Source: Candidatus Saccharimonadota bacterium (lineage in GTDB: Bacteria; Patescibacteriota; Saccharimonadia; Saccharimonadales; SLHW01). From it: a DNA stretch of 64,000 bases. A model generated the notes under the pieces. The model saw only the letters and a list, made by a program, of their open reading frames with translations. It was not told the origin of the DNA and searched no databases. Positions within the stretch are counted from its first letter, which is position 1; the number at the start of each line of letters is the position of its first letter. The stretch is taken from assembly GCA_024635455.1 (NCBI GenBank), contig JAGXIU010000002.1:236309-300308 (forward strand). Direction: 5' to 3'. Both the position numbers and the translations under genes were made by a program. Below, in pieces: positions 29,862 through 38,811 of this stretch.

Positions 29862-30652
29862 TGAAAATTCTCTACCTCGGTGACATAATGGCGCGTCCTG
29901 GTATCGATACTGTTGCTCAGCTATTACCAAACATACAGGCTACGCATAAACCAGATTTGATACTTGCTCAGGCAGAAAATGTGAGTGATGGCAAAAGCAT
30001 GACATTAGCTGATATGCACGAGTTGCAGGCGCTTGGCATTGATTTTTTTACAGGCGGTAATCATACTCCAAAAAATTCTGAGCTTCACGATGCGCTGAAA
30101 GATCCGAACATGCCAGTAATAGGTCCAGCTAATATGACTGATTGTCCAGGTGATGGCTGGAAGATATTGCCGAGTAAGCAGGGTGACGTTCTGGTTGTGT
30201 CCTTGCTTGGTGCAACCGTTGGGCGAGAGATCGATTCATCTAATCCATTACATAAGATTGATGAAATACTCGAACACAACAAAGATAGAAATATCGTTGC
30301 CCGCATCGTGAACTTCCATGGTGATTTTAGTAGCGAGAAACGTATCATCGGGTATTACCTCGACGGTAGCGTGTCCATGGTCATCGGTGATCATTGGCAT
30401 GTGCCGACCGCAGATGCAATGGTGTTACCAAAAGGTACAGCTCATATGACTGATGTAGGTATGTGTGGGTCGTTACATTCAAGCCTGGGTGTTACGTTTG
30501 ACTCTGTTGTACCGCGTTGGCGAGACGGCAAACTAACAAAAAATGAGCTAAGCCTAGACAAGCCATGGCAGCTCAACGCCGCACTTGTTGATATAGATAA
30601 TGAAACTGGCCTCGCGCACTCCATAGAGCACATACAACAAATTATCACCTAA
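29861..30652 (+). CDS. ymdB: YmdB-like metallophosphoesterase (2',3'-cyclic-nucleotide phosphodiesterase family)
   Basis: MKILYLGDIMARPG, AENVSDGKS, GGNH, GDHWHVPTAD. The position downstream of rny resembles the known rny-ymdB linkage in Firmicutes. Confidence 0.8.
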   Translation: MKILYLGDIMARPGIDTVAQLLPNIQATHKPDLILAQAENVSDGKSMTLADMHELQALGIDFFTGGNHTPKNSELHDALKDPNMPVIGPANMTDCPGDGWKILPSKQGDVLVVSLLGATVGREIDSSNPLHKIDEILEHNKDRNIVARIVNFHGDFSSEKRIIGYYLDGSVSMVIGDHWHVPTADAMVLPKGTAHMTDVGMCGSLHSSLGVTFDSVVPRWRDGKLTKNELSLDKPWQLNAALVDIDNETGLAHSIEHIQQIIT

Positions 30653-30654
30653 AT

Positions 30655-30688
30655 AAACCCGACAGACTATAGTGTGTCGGGTTTATTA
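30655..30688 (+). terminator. Intrinsic terminator after ymdB
   Basis: AAACCCGACA GACTATAGTG TGTCGGGTTT ATT. Confidence 0.75.
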
Positions 30689-30726
30689 CCCCTGTTTCAT
30701 ATGATTTTAGGCTATGTTTTATTACA

Positions 30727-30738
30727 GGGTGAGAGGAC
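30727..30738 (-). repeat. Third, short remnant of the tRNA-Pro 3' end
   Basis: GGGTGAGAGGAC matches 37099-37110 and 32449-32460. Decayed module-like sequence follows at 30739-30900. Confidence 0.4.
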
Positions 30739-31147
30739 AGCGCTCTGGCTTCCGCGCAGGGCTATATCCACTCCTGCGTTACACAGTCGTTTCACAAACC
30801 TCCGCTCGACAGTGCTCGCTTACGAGGTTCTTGCACCCTAACAGCGACCAAGCAAAAACCCCCAGGGCGGCTTACTGGTATCCAGAAGCATAGATGCAAG
30901 CTAGTAACCGCTAGTTGCAGAGGTACCGCTAATGATGACAGGGATTTCATTATAGCCCCCAATGATGAGGACTTGATAGCTCTTGTAGATGTCGTTAAGA
31001 ACAAGCATGCTGGCAAAAGCTTAAATTTGTTGCGTAAACGCTTTAATGAGCTAACACTTTAGAAAATGAAAACACCCTTGAGTTTTTCATGGGTGTAGTG
31101 CTTTTTAATTCTATAAGCTAAAGTTTTTTGAGCTAGTTAGTAGTTGG

Positions 31148-31696
31148 CTATTGCTGTTCAGGAATAGCTGCGCTAATCCAGCCAAGAAGCTCGTCTACTT
31201 CTTGAGGAGGAAGAGCCTCGCCAATGTTTTGCCTATTTAATTCAGCAGCACGCTCCACTGCTCCAAGAGCAGTGGAGGTAAGTGCGTCACCAAGTAGTTC
31301 TTCGGCCCTACGAAGCAACTGTTCATCCTCCTTTTCTCCAGGCATAGGTTCATAATCTCCTGGGTAGTCTATAACTTGACGCTTCATAACTACACCGTCT
31401 CTGGCGATAAAGTCAGTCTGAATATGGCCCCCGCTTTCAAACACTGTAACTCTATGCCCACTAAAAGTAGACCACTTATCCAAAGCTTCAGTTGCTTCTT
31501 CAGGAATAGGTCGCTCCAAGTAAACTCTTGAAGCTGTTGGGCAGTGGCTAAGCGTGCCAGCAGGTATAAGTGCAAGGCTTTCTTCGTGGTCGCGTACAAT
31601 ACCTCCTCTGTTGGAAGTGCCTTCTGTGAACTTGTTGTCTATAGCAAGGGTAAGCATCTCTGCTGTATTTGGCTGTGTAATTTCTGGGTTTGTCAT
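31148..31696 (-). CDS. Hypothetical protein (in the older tRNA-Pro-linked remnant)
   Basis: Start taken at MTNPEITQ. No motif recognised. Confidence 0.45.
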   Translation of the reverse strand: MTNPEITQPNTAEMLTLAIDNKFTEGTSNRGGIVRDHEESLALIPAGTLSHCPTASRVYLERPIPEEATEALDKWSTFSGHRVTVFESGGHIQTDFIARDGVVMKRQVIDYPGDYEPMPGEKEDEQLLRRAEELLGDALTSTALGAVERAAELNRQNIGEALPPQEVDELLGWISAAIPEQQ

Positions 31697-32442
31697 GGGT
31701 AATACATTAACATAATAAGCATGTAATGTCAATAATTCTTATGATACGACCACACTATGCCAGATAATATAAACGGTAATATTTTTAAGCTACCAGAGAG
31801 CGAATACAAGGTATCTGAACTGACTGACCACTACGCAAGTATTACAAAAGGCAGCCTGAGAATACTTCCTAAAGAAAAAACGTCGCTATGTGATGTACGG
31901 CAAAATACTGTCTAAAAGTATTAGAATGAAACACCTAACTTCTCATATAGCGTGGGCTATTCAACACCTGACATAGAACACGGATAAAGCCTACAAAAAG
32001 TACATCGAGTGACCAGAGGGGTAACTATCTGCTGATAAAGACAGAGCAAACCGTAAATTAGCAGAGGCTAAGCGTTAACTTACAAAACAGGAGGGCAATT
32101 ATTCTAAGTATCAGAACTCACAGCGAGACGGCCCTATAACATAAAAGAAACATCATAAGGGCAAATTAGAACATCATCAAGAGCTGATTAACAGTGGTGA
32201 GCCGAGTGTGAAACAGGCTAAGAATGAGGTCGAGATGCTTAGTGGGTCATTGCCCTCGCAGAAACAATTTGTTGAACATATCGTTCGTATCTGAAAACAG
32301 TCAGCAATACTAAGGATTTGATTGAGGAGGGGTTAGTCTACAAAGAAGTAGTGTTGAACCTCTGTCCTGTAGACGATGTCATCTCTGTTATAAAGCTAAA
32401 TCCACCATACAATTTGATGGTGAATTTAGACAAAGTTCCTCT

Positions 32443-32460
32443 TGGCCGGGGTGAGAGGAC
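32443..32460 (-). repeat. Direct repeat of the tRNA-Pro 3' end (att-like)
   Basis: TGGCCGGGGTGAGAGGAC versus TGGTCGGGGTGAGAGGAC at 37093-37110 (17 of 18 identical). Confidence 0.85.
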
Positions 32461-32605
32461 AATTTAGGCCGGGCACTATTCAGTGCTCGGCTTCATCTCC
32501 GCTCAAACTTTCTCGATGCTAGCATCTGCGAGAGTTTTCGCTCCACCGAACCGTCCGACCTCTGCAACACTTCGTGTTGCGGTCGGAGGTTCAAGCCACT
32601 CTCAA
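32461..32605 (-). repeat. T-arm-mimic structured module, copy Pro(UGG)
   Basis: Read on the minus strand: TGGCTTGAACCTCCGACC (antisense of the tRNA-Pro T-arm), GCAACAC GAAG GTGTTGC, GGTCGGACGGTTCGG, TGGAGCGA, TCTCGCAGATGCTAGCATCGAGAAAGT. The last box is near-identical to 52352-52378. Confidence 0.6.
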
Positions 32606-33113
32606 GCAATGAAAAAGCCGCCCCTGACAGGACGGCTCTTTCATTGGTCGAGTAGGAGCGATTACGCTTGAACAGGTTGAGCCACTACTGTTATCGCTTA
32701 AAGATTACTGGTGTAGAAGCTCAAATATGCGTGAAATGTCTAGCTTACTCAAACATCCACGAGTTGCATCAACAGTAGCAGAATATGAGCTTTAACAGGG
32801 GTAGATTAGCACTTTCCTATTGATAAACGTGATGCGACTTGAACAAGATAACAATACTAATTGGACATTAAGTCCATTTCATGTCGTACATTGTATGTTG
32901 TACGAACCGTGCTAACAGGGGTAGTGGTATATTTTTAGCAACAAAATGGCTTGTCAAGTGCTTGTGTTATTTTCGCCACCCCTGTTTTTTACATATTATA
33001 CAATGATGGTTTCGATTGCAGTGTCAGCTCCATTGTACTAGTCAATTATTCTTACTCGCTGTAATATTTTGATAGCATTTAGCGTTACTATACAATTAAA
33101 GTAAAGATTTCCT

Positions 33114-33584
33114 ATGAATAACGATAAACCACACTTTTCAATTGGCGATATAGATAAAGAATCAATTATTAAACGTGCAGAGAGAAAAGTCTCCCGAACA
33201 AACACTGATCCTTATTATCAAAATGTACAGGTTGAAGTAATGATTGAACGTGAGATGGAGCAAGTCTTTAAGAAGGATTTTATGGGTTCAACAACCGACT
33301 TGTTGCGTTTAGGTGATTCTGGTGCTGCGATTGGCTATTTAGTTTTTGTCTTCATTCTGCTGATTACATCTGACAACGGCTTGAGCTTGGTGCAGTTCTT
33401 TTTCTTAGTAGTAGTTACCATTATGTTGTTAATCGCAGTACATGGCACAATGAAGGAGCGGATCGAGTCTGCTTTTAAATCAGGAGCACATAGTGATTGG
33501 CATCTATATGAGCCTGAATACCGAGATGCGTTATGGGAAATAAGGCAACGCAAAGAAAATACTAGACCTGAACGAAACCACTAA
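33114..33584 (+). CDS. Hypothetical membrane protein (island cargo)
   Basis: 156 aa with two central TM segments. Confidence 0.5.
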   Translation: MNNDKPHFSIGDIDKESIIKRAERKVSRTNTDPYYQNVQVEVMIEREMEQVFKKDFMGSTTDLLRLGDSGAAIGYLVFVFILLITSDNGLSLVQFFFLVVVTIMLLIAVHGTMKERIESAFKSGAHSDWHLYEPEYRDALWEIRQRKENTRPERNH

Positions 33585-33661
33585 GCTACAAGCATAGAGA
33601 TAGTTATTCCATATAAAAAGAGACGACATGTAGCCGTCTCTTTAGTTATTGTTGCTGTTTT

Positions 33662-34231
33662 TTATTTAACCTGAACGATAGCACGGTCCGCATTAAATCC
33701 ATTCGGTTTCCAGATAACATACTGGTGTCCTTCTTCGACTGGTACTTCAAAAACAATCTGTCCTGATGCTTTTCCGCCAGCAACCATGTCTCCTGAGCTT
33801 AATGAGTTATCCACGGTAGCAAATGCTCCATCAAGAACTTGTCCTTCCGCAGTCTGAATACGAAAATCGAACACATTGTATGGCTTAGTTTCGTTACTGG
33901 TGTTCTCTAGTGCAACATCAGCAATAACATAGGTCTTTCCACTTCCAGCTTGTTCAAACTCACTTATAGTAGTCTTATAAACTACGTTAGAAAGAGTCAT
34001 CTTAACTCCGTCAACTGTAGCCGCTTCGCTTGGCAATACTTCTACGTCTTTGGGTTGCTTGTCTGCACGGTCGTCAAACCTGTATGTCTTCTCTCCACTA
34101 GCAGTGTTATTTTCGCCACCACTATTGTTTCCTGAATTATCACTACCACCACCTGCTGCACTTGCAATTACTGCAATCACAATAAAAGCCAATATGACTG
34201 TCAAAATTTTATGTTTCTTAAACCAACTCAC
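33662..34231 (-). CDS. DUF4352-like secreted/anchored protein (island cargo)
   Basis: N-terminal TM, G/S/N-rich linker, then YVIADVALENTSNE...FDFRIQ...ASGQIVFEVP, typical of DUF4352. Confidence 0.6.
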   Translation of the reverse strand: MSWFKKHKILTVILAFIVIAVIASAAGGGSDNSGNNSGGENNTASGEKTYRFDDRADKQPKDVEVLPSEAATVDGVKMTLSNVVYKTTISEFEQAGSGKTYVIADVALENTSNETKPYNVFDFRIQTAEGQVLDGAFATVDNSLSSGDMVAGGKASGQIVFEVPVEEGHQYVIWKPNGFNADRAIVQVK

Positions 34232-34361
34232 TATAAATCTCCTTATTAGTATTAACTATAATATACATTTAATTTCCTTACCTGTAAATATACCCTAAAT
34301 GATGCAAATAATAAACAGTTGGTTTATGTAACTATCTGTTTATTATTTCTACGCTTAGTAC

Positions 34362-34748
34362 ATGACCGAACAGAAACTAATGAAAGCCTTTGGTAAACGT
34401 GTTGCTGAGGTCCGAAAAAACAAAGGCATTACTCAACAACAACTAGCACATGATATTGGTATGAGTGTTGTCGCAATCGCATACATTGAAACTGGTAAAC
34501 GTTGGGCAAGGCTAGGAACACTCAATAAAATAGCCAAACGCCTAAAAGTCGATATTAGCGATTTATTTACAGGCATATACATAACTCAACTTTTGTCCAA
34601 AAACCTCGCTAAACGCCTCTCTGTACGTCACAGAGGGCTTAATTGTCTTTCATTAAATGTATCTGTAATGTGCAGAGCAAGACCCTACGATTTTTTTATC
34701 CAATTTTTTACTTATCAACGCCATTTATTAGCTTGTACAACATGCTGA
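34362..34748 (+). CDS. XRE-family HTH regulator with an atypical long C-terminal tail
   Basis: FGKRVAEVRKNKGITQQQLAHDIGMSVVAIAYIETGKR...LNKIAKRLKVDISDLF. The last ~55 aa are low quality and Cys/Leu-rich. Confidence 0.6.
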   Translation: MTEQKLMKAFGKRVAEVRKNKGITQQQLAHDIGMSVVAIAYIETGKRWARLGTLNKIAKRLKVDISDLFTGIYITQLLSKNLAKRLSVRHRGLNCLSLNVSVMCRARPYDFFIQFFTYQRHLLACTTC

Positions 34749-34796
34749 TTTCTTACATCAAAATAATTAAAAACCTAACGAAAACATGGGTGTTTT

Positions 34797-35030
34797 CTAG
34801 GTAAGTGTAAAGAAACTGAACACTACCTTATTTTGGTTTTCTTTTGCCGCAAGCATCTTCTCCCTAAACACTTCATTATTACGCATATAGTAGAAGAAAG
34901 TGGTACGACTTATGCCTGTCCAGCGACAAGCCTCGCTTATTGTGCTGTTGTGTTGTATTGCATCTTGAAGCCTTAGCATGGTTGTATAGGTGACTTTGGG
35001 CTTTCGTCCTATAGCTTTTCTTATTTCCAT
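34797..35030 (-). CDS. Small HTH protein (resolvase-HTH / terminase-small-subunit-like); possible directionality factor
   Basis: 77 aa containing ISEACRWTGISRTTFFYYM. Divergent from the recombinase promoter. Confidence 0.45.
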   Translation of the reverse strand: MEIRKAIGRKPKVTYTTMLRLQDAIQHNSTISEACRWTGISRTTFFYYMRNNEVFREKMLAAKENQNKVVFSFFTLT

Positions 35031-35098
35031 TTTACTCCTTTGTTTTCTGCGTTACCCCTGTTCTAATTATACAGAAGTAGCATTACCATAAAATATAC

Positions 35099-35127
35099 TT
35101 GACAATGCTTATGGTAAAGAGTATAAT
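35099..35127 (+). promoter_or_regulatory. Consensus sigma-70 type promoter facing the recombinase gene
   Basis: TTGACA (35099-35104), a 17-nt spacer, TATAAT (35122-35127). The 8-bp outer stem AGACCCCA/TGGGGTCT (35137-35184) follows directly. Confidence 0.6.
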
Positions 35128-35512
35128 TAGTAGTATAGACCCCACCAAGAAATCCTTTTCAGGAAGGTTTTTGACATGGGGTCTTAACTTATTTTAAGAC
35201 TTCATAAAAACCTTAGCGAACTAATAACACCTATCGCACTGAGAAAACTCATGGGGGTGAAGAACTTAAAACACTTCACTGGTCAAAGAAAGAACCAGTG
35301 TGGACTACGATGCAAAACTCGATGTTACATCAAATCAAAATACACAAAACAAAGATAGTGACAGCTTATTTAAGTTGTTGGAGTTGCTTAAAAAGGCAGA
35401 TATTAAAAACAATCTAGCCGACTTAAATGAAACAACTATGAGCGACAATAACGGTGGTCGTATAGAGCTTTAATCCTCGCACTCGTACTTTGACTAAGCT
35501 ACAATATATAGT

Positions 35513-37114
35513 ATGTATGAAGACGAAGAAGAACCACAAATAGATATAACAACGCTTCGGTATGTATTGTATGCACGAAAATCTACTGATGATCCAAAGC
35601 GTCAGGTGCGTTCTATTGATGACCAGATTGATGAATGTGAAGTCTTAGCAAGACGTAACGGAATGCGTATTGTCAAAAAGATTACAGAGGAAAAATCAGC
35701 AAGAAAAGCTGGAAATCGACCTAAGTTCGACCAGATGATTCAAGACATTGAGGCAGGTAAATATGATGGGGTTGTTGCTTGGAACCCTGATAGGCTCGCT
35801 CGGAATATGACAGAGGGCAGTCGTATACTGAGCCTTATTGATGCAGGTCGTATTGTTGACCTAAAGTTCGCAACACACCACTTTGTTAACGACTCAAGTG
35901 GACAGATGCTCCTCGGCATATCTTTCGTCATGGCTGATTACTACTCAAGAAGACTTTCAGAAAACGTCAATAGAGGCGTTAAGAAAGGCTTGAAAGAGGG
36001 TAAGTCATCAGGAACTCCAAAGCACGGCTATATTAGACATGAAGACGGTATTTATCGACCAGATGATGAAGATGGCTGCAAGAACTTTGAACTAATTTGT
36101 GATGCATGGAAGATGCGTAAAAAAGGTGATTCACTCAAAACGATTGCAAATTACATGAACAAAAATGGTTACGCACGTATTTATAAAGAAAACGCTGAAA
36201 AAGCAGGTCAAAAAGTAAATATGAGCGACAAGATACTAAGTAATACTGTATTTCCAGACCCCTTTTATTATGGAATCCTAATTCAGACAGATAAGCCTGT
36301 AGACCTTAGAGAGATTGATGAATACAATTTTAAGCCAGCTACCGATGAGGACACATACAATTACATACAGCAGATGACAGGTCGCTCTACTAAAAACACC
36401 AAACGTAGTGTATTCAAACCTTTAGTGGAAATGGTCTATTGTGCGTACTGCAATTCAAAGATGTACCCACAAACACCACAGTCCTCAAACAAGACAAGAA
36501 AATTATCATATAGGTGTGACAATGCACACTGTCAGCGTAAGAATAAAGAGCTTAAACTTAGCCAGTCAGTTAGAGGAATAGTCATATTTAAGTTCATGTA
36601 CGAAATGCTTGAGAATATAGAAGTCAATGAGAGCGATTACGAGAAGTTACGCAATAAGCTAATAGTAAGCAACCAAGCCAATGCACACAAACAGGCTATA
36701 GAGATTCACTCGCTTCAAGGTTCACTTAAGAGTATCGAGAAAGACATCAAGGATCGTAGCTTGAAGATTATTACATTAGACAAGAATAGTCCTATCTACA
36801 GAACTAATGAAACTCATATCAACGAACAGGGTGTCAGAGCTAACGAACTACGTAATGAAATTGATAAACTTACAGAACAGCGAACAAATCCAGACGAAGA
36901 CATTATGAGCTTTGAGGAGTTCTTGAACGTAATAAAAAACGCCAGCAAACACCTTAAAGTTGCTGACGTTGTACTAAAAGACCACATTGCTCGTTTAATC
37001 TACTTGAACGTACATGTAGATAGCGAAAATGTGGTCTCCTACCAGATGAAGGAGCCATTTAAGACTTACTTCAAATCGTATAAAATCTTTACTGGTCGGG
37101 GTGAGAGGACTTGA
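35513..37114 (+). CDS. Large serine recombinase (integrase)
   Basis: Resolvase domain YARKSTDD...SIDDQ...DRLAR, recombinase domain, zinc ribbon CAYCNSKM...YRCDNAHCQ and a long coiled coil. The stop TGA at 37112-37114 lies inside the tRNA-Pro T-loop. Confidence 0.9.
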   Translation: MYEDEEEPQIDITTLRYVLYARKSTDDPKRQVRSIDDQIDECEVLARRNGMRIVKKITEEKSARKAGNRPKFDQMIQDIEAGKYDGVVAWNPDRLARNMTEGSRILSLIDAGRIVDLKFATHHFVNDSSGQMLLGISFVMADYYSRRLSENVNRGVKKGLKEGKSSGTPKHGYIRHEDGIYRPDDEDGCKNFELICDAWKMRKKGDSLKTIANYMNKNGYARIYKENAEKAGQKVNMSDKILSNTVFPDPFYYGILIQTDKPVDLREIDEYNFKPATDEDTYNYIQQMTGRSTKNTKRSVFKPLVEMVYCAYCNSKMYPQTPQSSNKTRKLSYRCDNAHCQRKNKELKLSQSVRGIVIFKFMYEMLENIEVNESDYEKLRNKLIVSNQANAHKQAIEIHSLQGSLKSIEKDIKDRSLKIITLDKNSPIYRTNETHINEQGVRANELRNEIDKLTEQRTNPDEDIMSFEEFLNVIKNASKHLKVADVVLKDHIARLIYLNVHVDSENVVSYQMKEPFKTYFKSYKIFTGRGERT

Positions 37115-37169
37115 ACCTCCGACCTCACGGTCCCAAACCGCGCGCGCTAGCCAACTGCGCCACACCCCG
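37093..37169 (-). tRNA. tRNA-Pro (anticodon UGG), CCA encoded
   Basis: CGGGGTG TG GCGC AGTTGGCTA GCGC G CGCGG TTTGGGA CCGTG AGGTC GGAGG TTCAAGT CCTCT CACCCCG A CCA. Confidence 0.93.
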
Positions 37170-37337
37170 ATAGGTGTAATTGATACGTTTTGTATCAGCA
37201 GACTATATTCTACCACCTCAAGAGGAAATTTCCATACCCTGCAGCGCAATAACTTTAGATACTAAAAAATATGGTGAGCAAACACCCCCGATACGTGGAT
37301 ATCGGAAAAGCCAGTCCGGTAAGCTATACTACGTATT

Positions 37338-38126
37338 ATGGATTTTTTACTTTGGGCGTTCACAGTATCAGTCGGCATCAACATACTCATGTTCATACCG
37401 GCATTTATTTTTAAGACAGATAAACTAACAGATATTTCATACGGTGTAACCTTCGCAGTCGTTGCGTTGGCTGCCTACTTACGAAGTGAACGTGAGTTTG
37501 CACACGCCATACTACTATTCGCAGTGTTGGCTTGGGCAGTTCGCCTTGGTGGTTTTTTATTGATACGCATCAATAAAATGGGGAAAGACTCACGCTTCGA
37601 TGATATGCGCGATAAGTTCTTTGCTTTCTTGCGTTTTTGGTTACTACAGGGAGTAAGTGTGTTTGTCGTGCTGGCTGCGAGCATTTTGTTGTGGCAGGAG
37701 ACTGGCCCTACTGTTACGGCGTTATCTTGGGCCGGCATTATTATTTTTGCACTCGGTCTAGTGCTAGAAGCTACGGCTGACTACCAAAAGTTTTTGTTTA
37801 AGTTCAGCGGTAAGGCAAAAAAACACGAATGGATAGACGTGGGTGTTTGGCGAATGTCACGCCATCCAAATTATCTTGGAGAGATGATGGTATGGACTGG
37901 TCTGTATCTGTTTGTTCTGCCTTCTTTGAGCGGTTTGGCTGTTTTCGGTGGCTTAATAAGTCCGTTATATATAATCGCGCTATTGCTGTTTGGGAGTGGA
38001 GTACCGATTCTAGAAAAATATGCTGATAAAAAGTGGGGGAAGCAAGATGCTTTTCAGACATATAAACGCGAAGTACCCGTACTTATCCCGACTCCTGCTT
38101 CAGTCAAGCGAGCAATTTCTAAATAG
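37338..38126 (+). CDS. DUF1295 / steroid 5-alpha-reductase-like membrane protein
   Basis: WRMSRHPNYLGEMMVW motif and multiple TM segments. TATACT lies 7 nt before the ATG. Confidence 0.6.
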   Translation: MDFLLWAFTVSVGINILMFIPAFIFKTDKLTDISYGVTFAVVALAAYLRSEREFAHAILLFAVLAWAVRLGGFLLIRINKMGKDSRFDDMRDKFFAFLRFWLLQGVSVFVVLAASILLWQETGPTVTALSWAGIIIFALGLVLEATADYQKFLFKFSGKAKKHEWIDVGVWRMSRHPNYLGEMMVWTGLYLFVLPSLSGLAVFGGLISPLYIIALLLFGSGVPILEKYADKKWGKQDAFQTYKREVPVLIPTPASVKRAISK

Positions 38127-38172
38127 ACTTGCGGTTGCGCCTGAGCAGCGCCTGCGCTTAAATAGAGGTTAG

Positions 38173-38811
38173 ATGTTTGAAATTCTCATAAGCCTTATCG
38201 GCATTGGCTTGCTCTTGGTCATTAACCAGTACGTCTGGAGTAGGAAGATAGTGCGTGGCGAAGCATCGCGCAAACTTGCTCACATATCGATAGGTACGTT
38301 TATAGCAACGTGGCCGATATACATGTCATGGGGAGAGGTTAGGGTAGCTCTGGCAATCGGGTTGGTTGGCGCAGTCGCAGTGCGGTACTTTTATATATTC
38401 CCGAGTTTATTTGATATAAAGCGCAGTAGCATCGGCGATGTTGTGGCACCATTGGTCATAATCTTGGCAGCAGTTATTGAGCCAACTAAAACAATTTTTG
38501 CGGTAACGGTTCTGCACATTGCATTTGCTGACGGCATGGCTGCGGTCATCGGTTCACGATTCGGCCAGAAAACTGCCTACAATATAGCCAAGCAACGCAA
38601 GACATTACTCGGCACAGCCACATTCTATGTTTCATCAGTGATGATTATGACTATGGCAGCTATTTTTCGACCGACGCTCGATATTGGGACCATGCTAGTC
38701 TACATTGCCGCTATTCCAGTGGTGGCAACGTTCGTAGAGAACGTTTCACCACGTGGTTTAGACAATGTCACCGTTCCAGCAGTGGTTATTGCGCTGCTAC
38801 TTGTTGCTTGA
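38173..38811 (+). CDS. Polyprenol/dolichol kinase- or CdsA-like membrane protein
   Basis: 212 aa, 6-7 TM segments, RKLAHISIG motif. Weak assignment. Confidence 0.35.
   Translation: MFEILISLIGIGLLLVINQYVWSRKIVRGEASRKLAHISIGTFIATWPIYMSWGEVRVALAIGLVGAVAVRYFYIFPSLFDIKRSSIGDVVAPLVIILAAVIEPTKTIFAVTVLHIAFADGMAAVIGSRFGQKTAYNIAKQRKTLLGTATFYVSSVMIMTMAAIFRPTLDIGTMLVYIAAIPVVATFVENVSPRGLDNVTVPAVVIALLLVA

Larger units (their letters stand above)
32443..37110. mobile_element. Small integrated island at tRNA-Pro encoding a large serine recombinase
   Basis: Bounded by the 17/18 repeat of the tRNA 3' end. Contains the recombinase, two HTH proteins and two membrane/secreted cargo genes. The inner left boundary is ambiguous (32461 versus about 32690). 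Confidence 0.65.

Noticed and set aside
31740-32440. Possible pseudogene in the stop-riddled region of the old tRNA-Pro remnant
   Set aside because: Only short fragments (about 52 codons or fewer) with no recognisable motif. A call cannot be supported without a homology search, so it is mentioned only in the findings.
36995-37428. ORFs 36995-37249 (minus) and 37180-37428 (plus)
   Set aside because: The first spans tRNA-Pro and the recombinase 3' end. The second overlaps the start of the DUF1295 gene in another frame.
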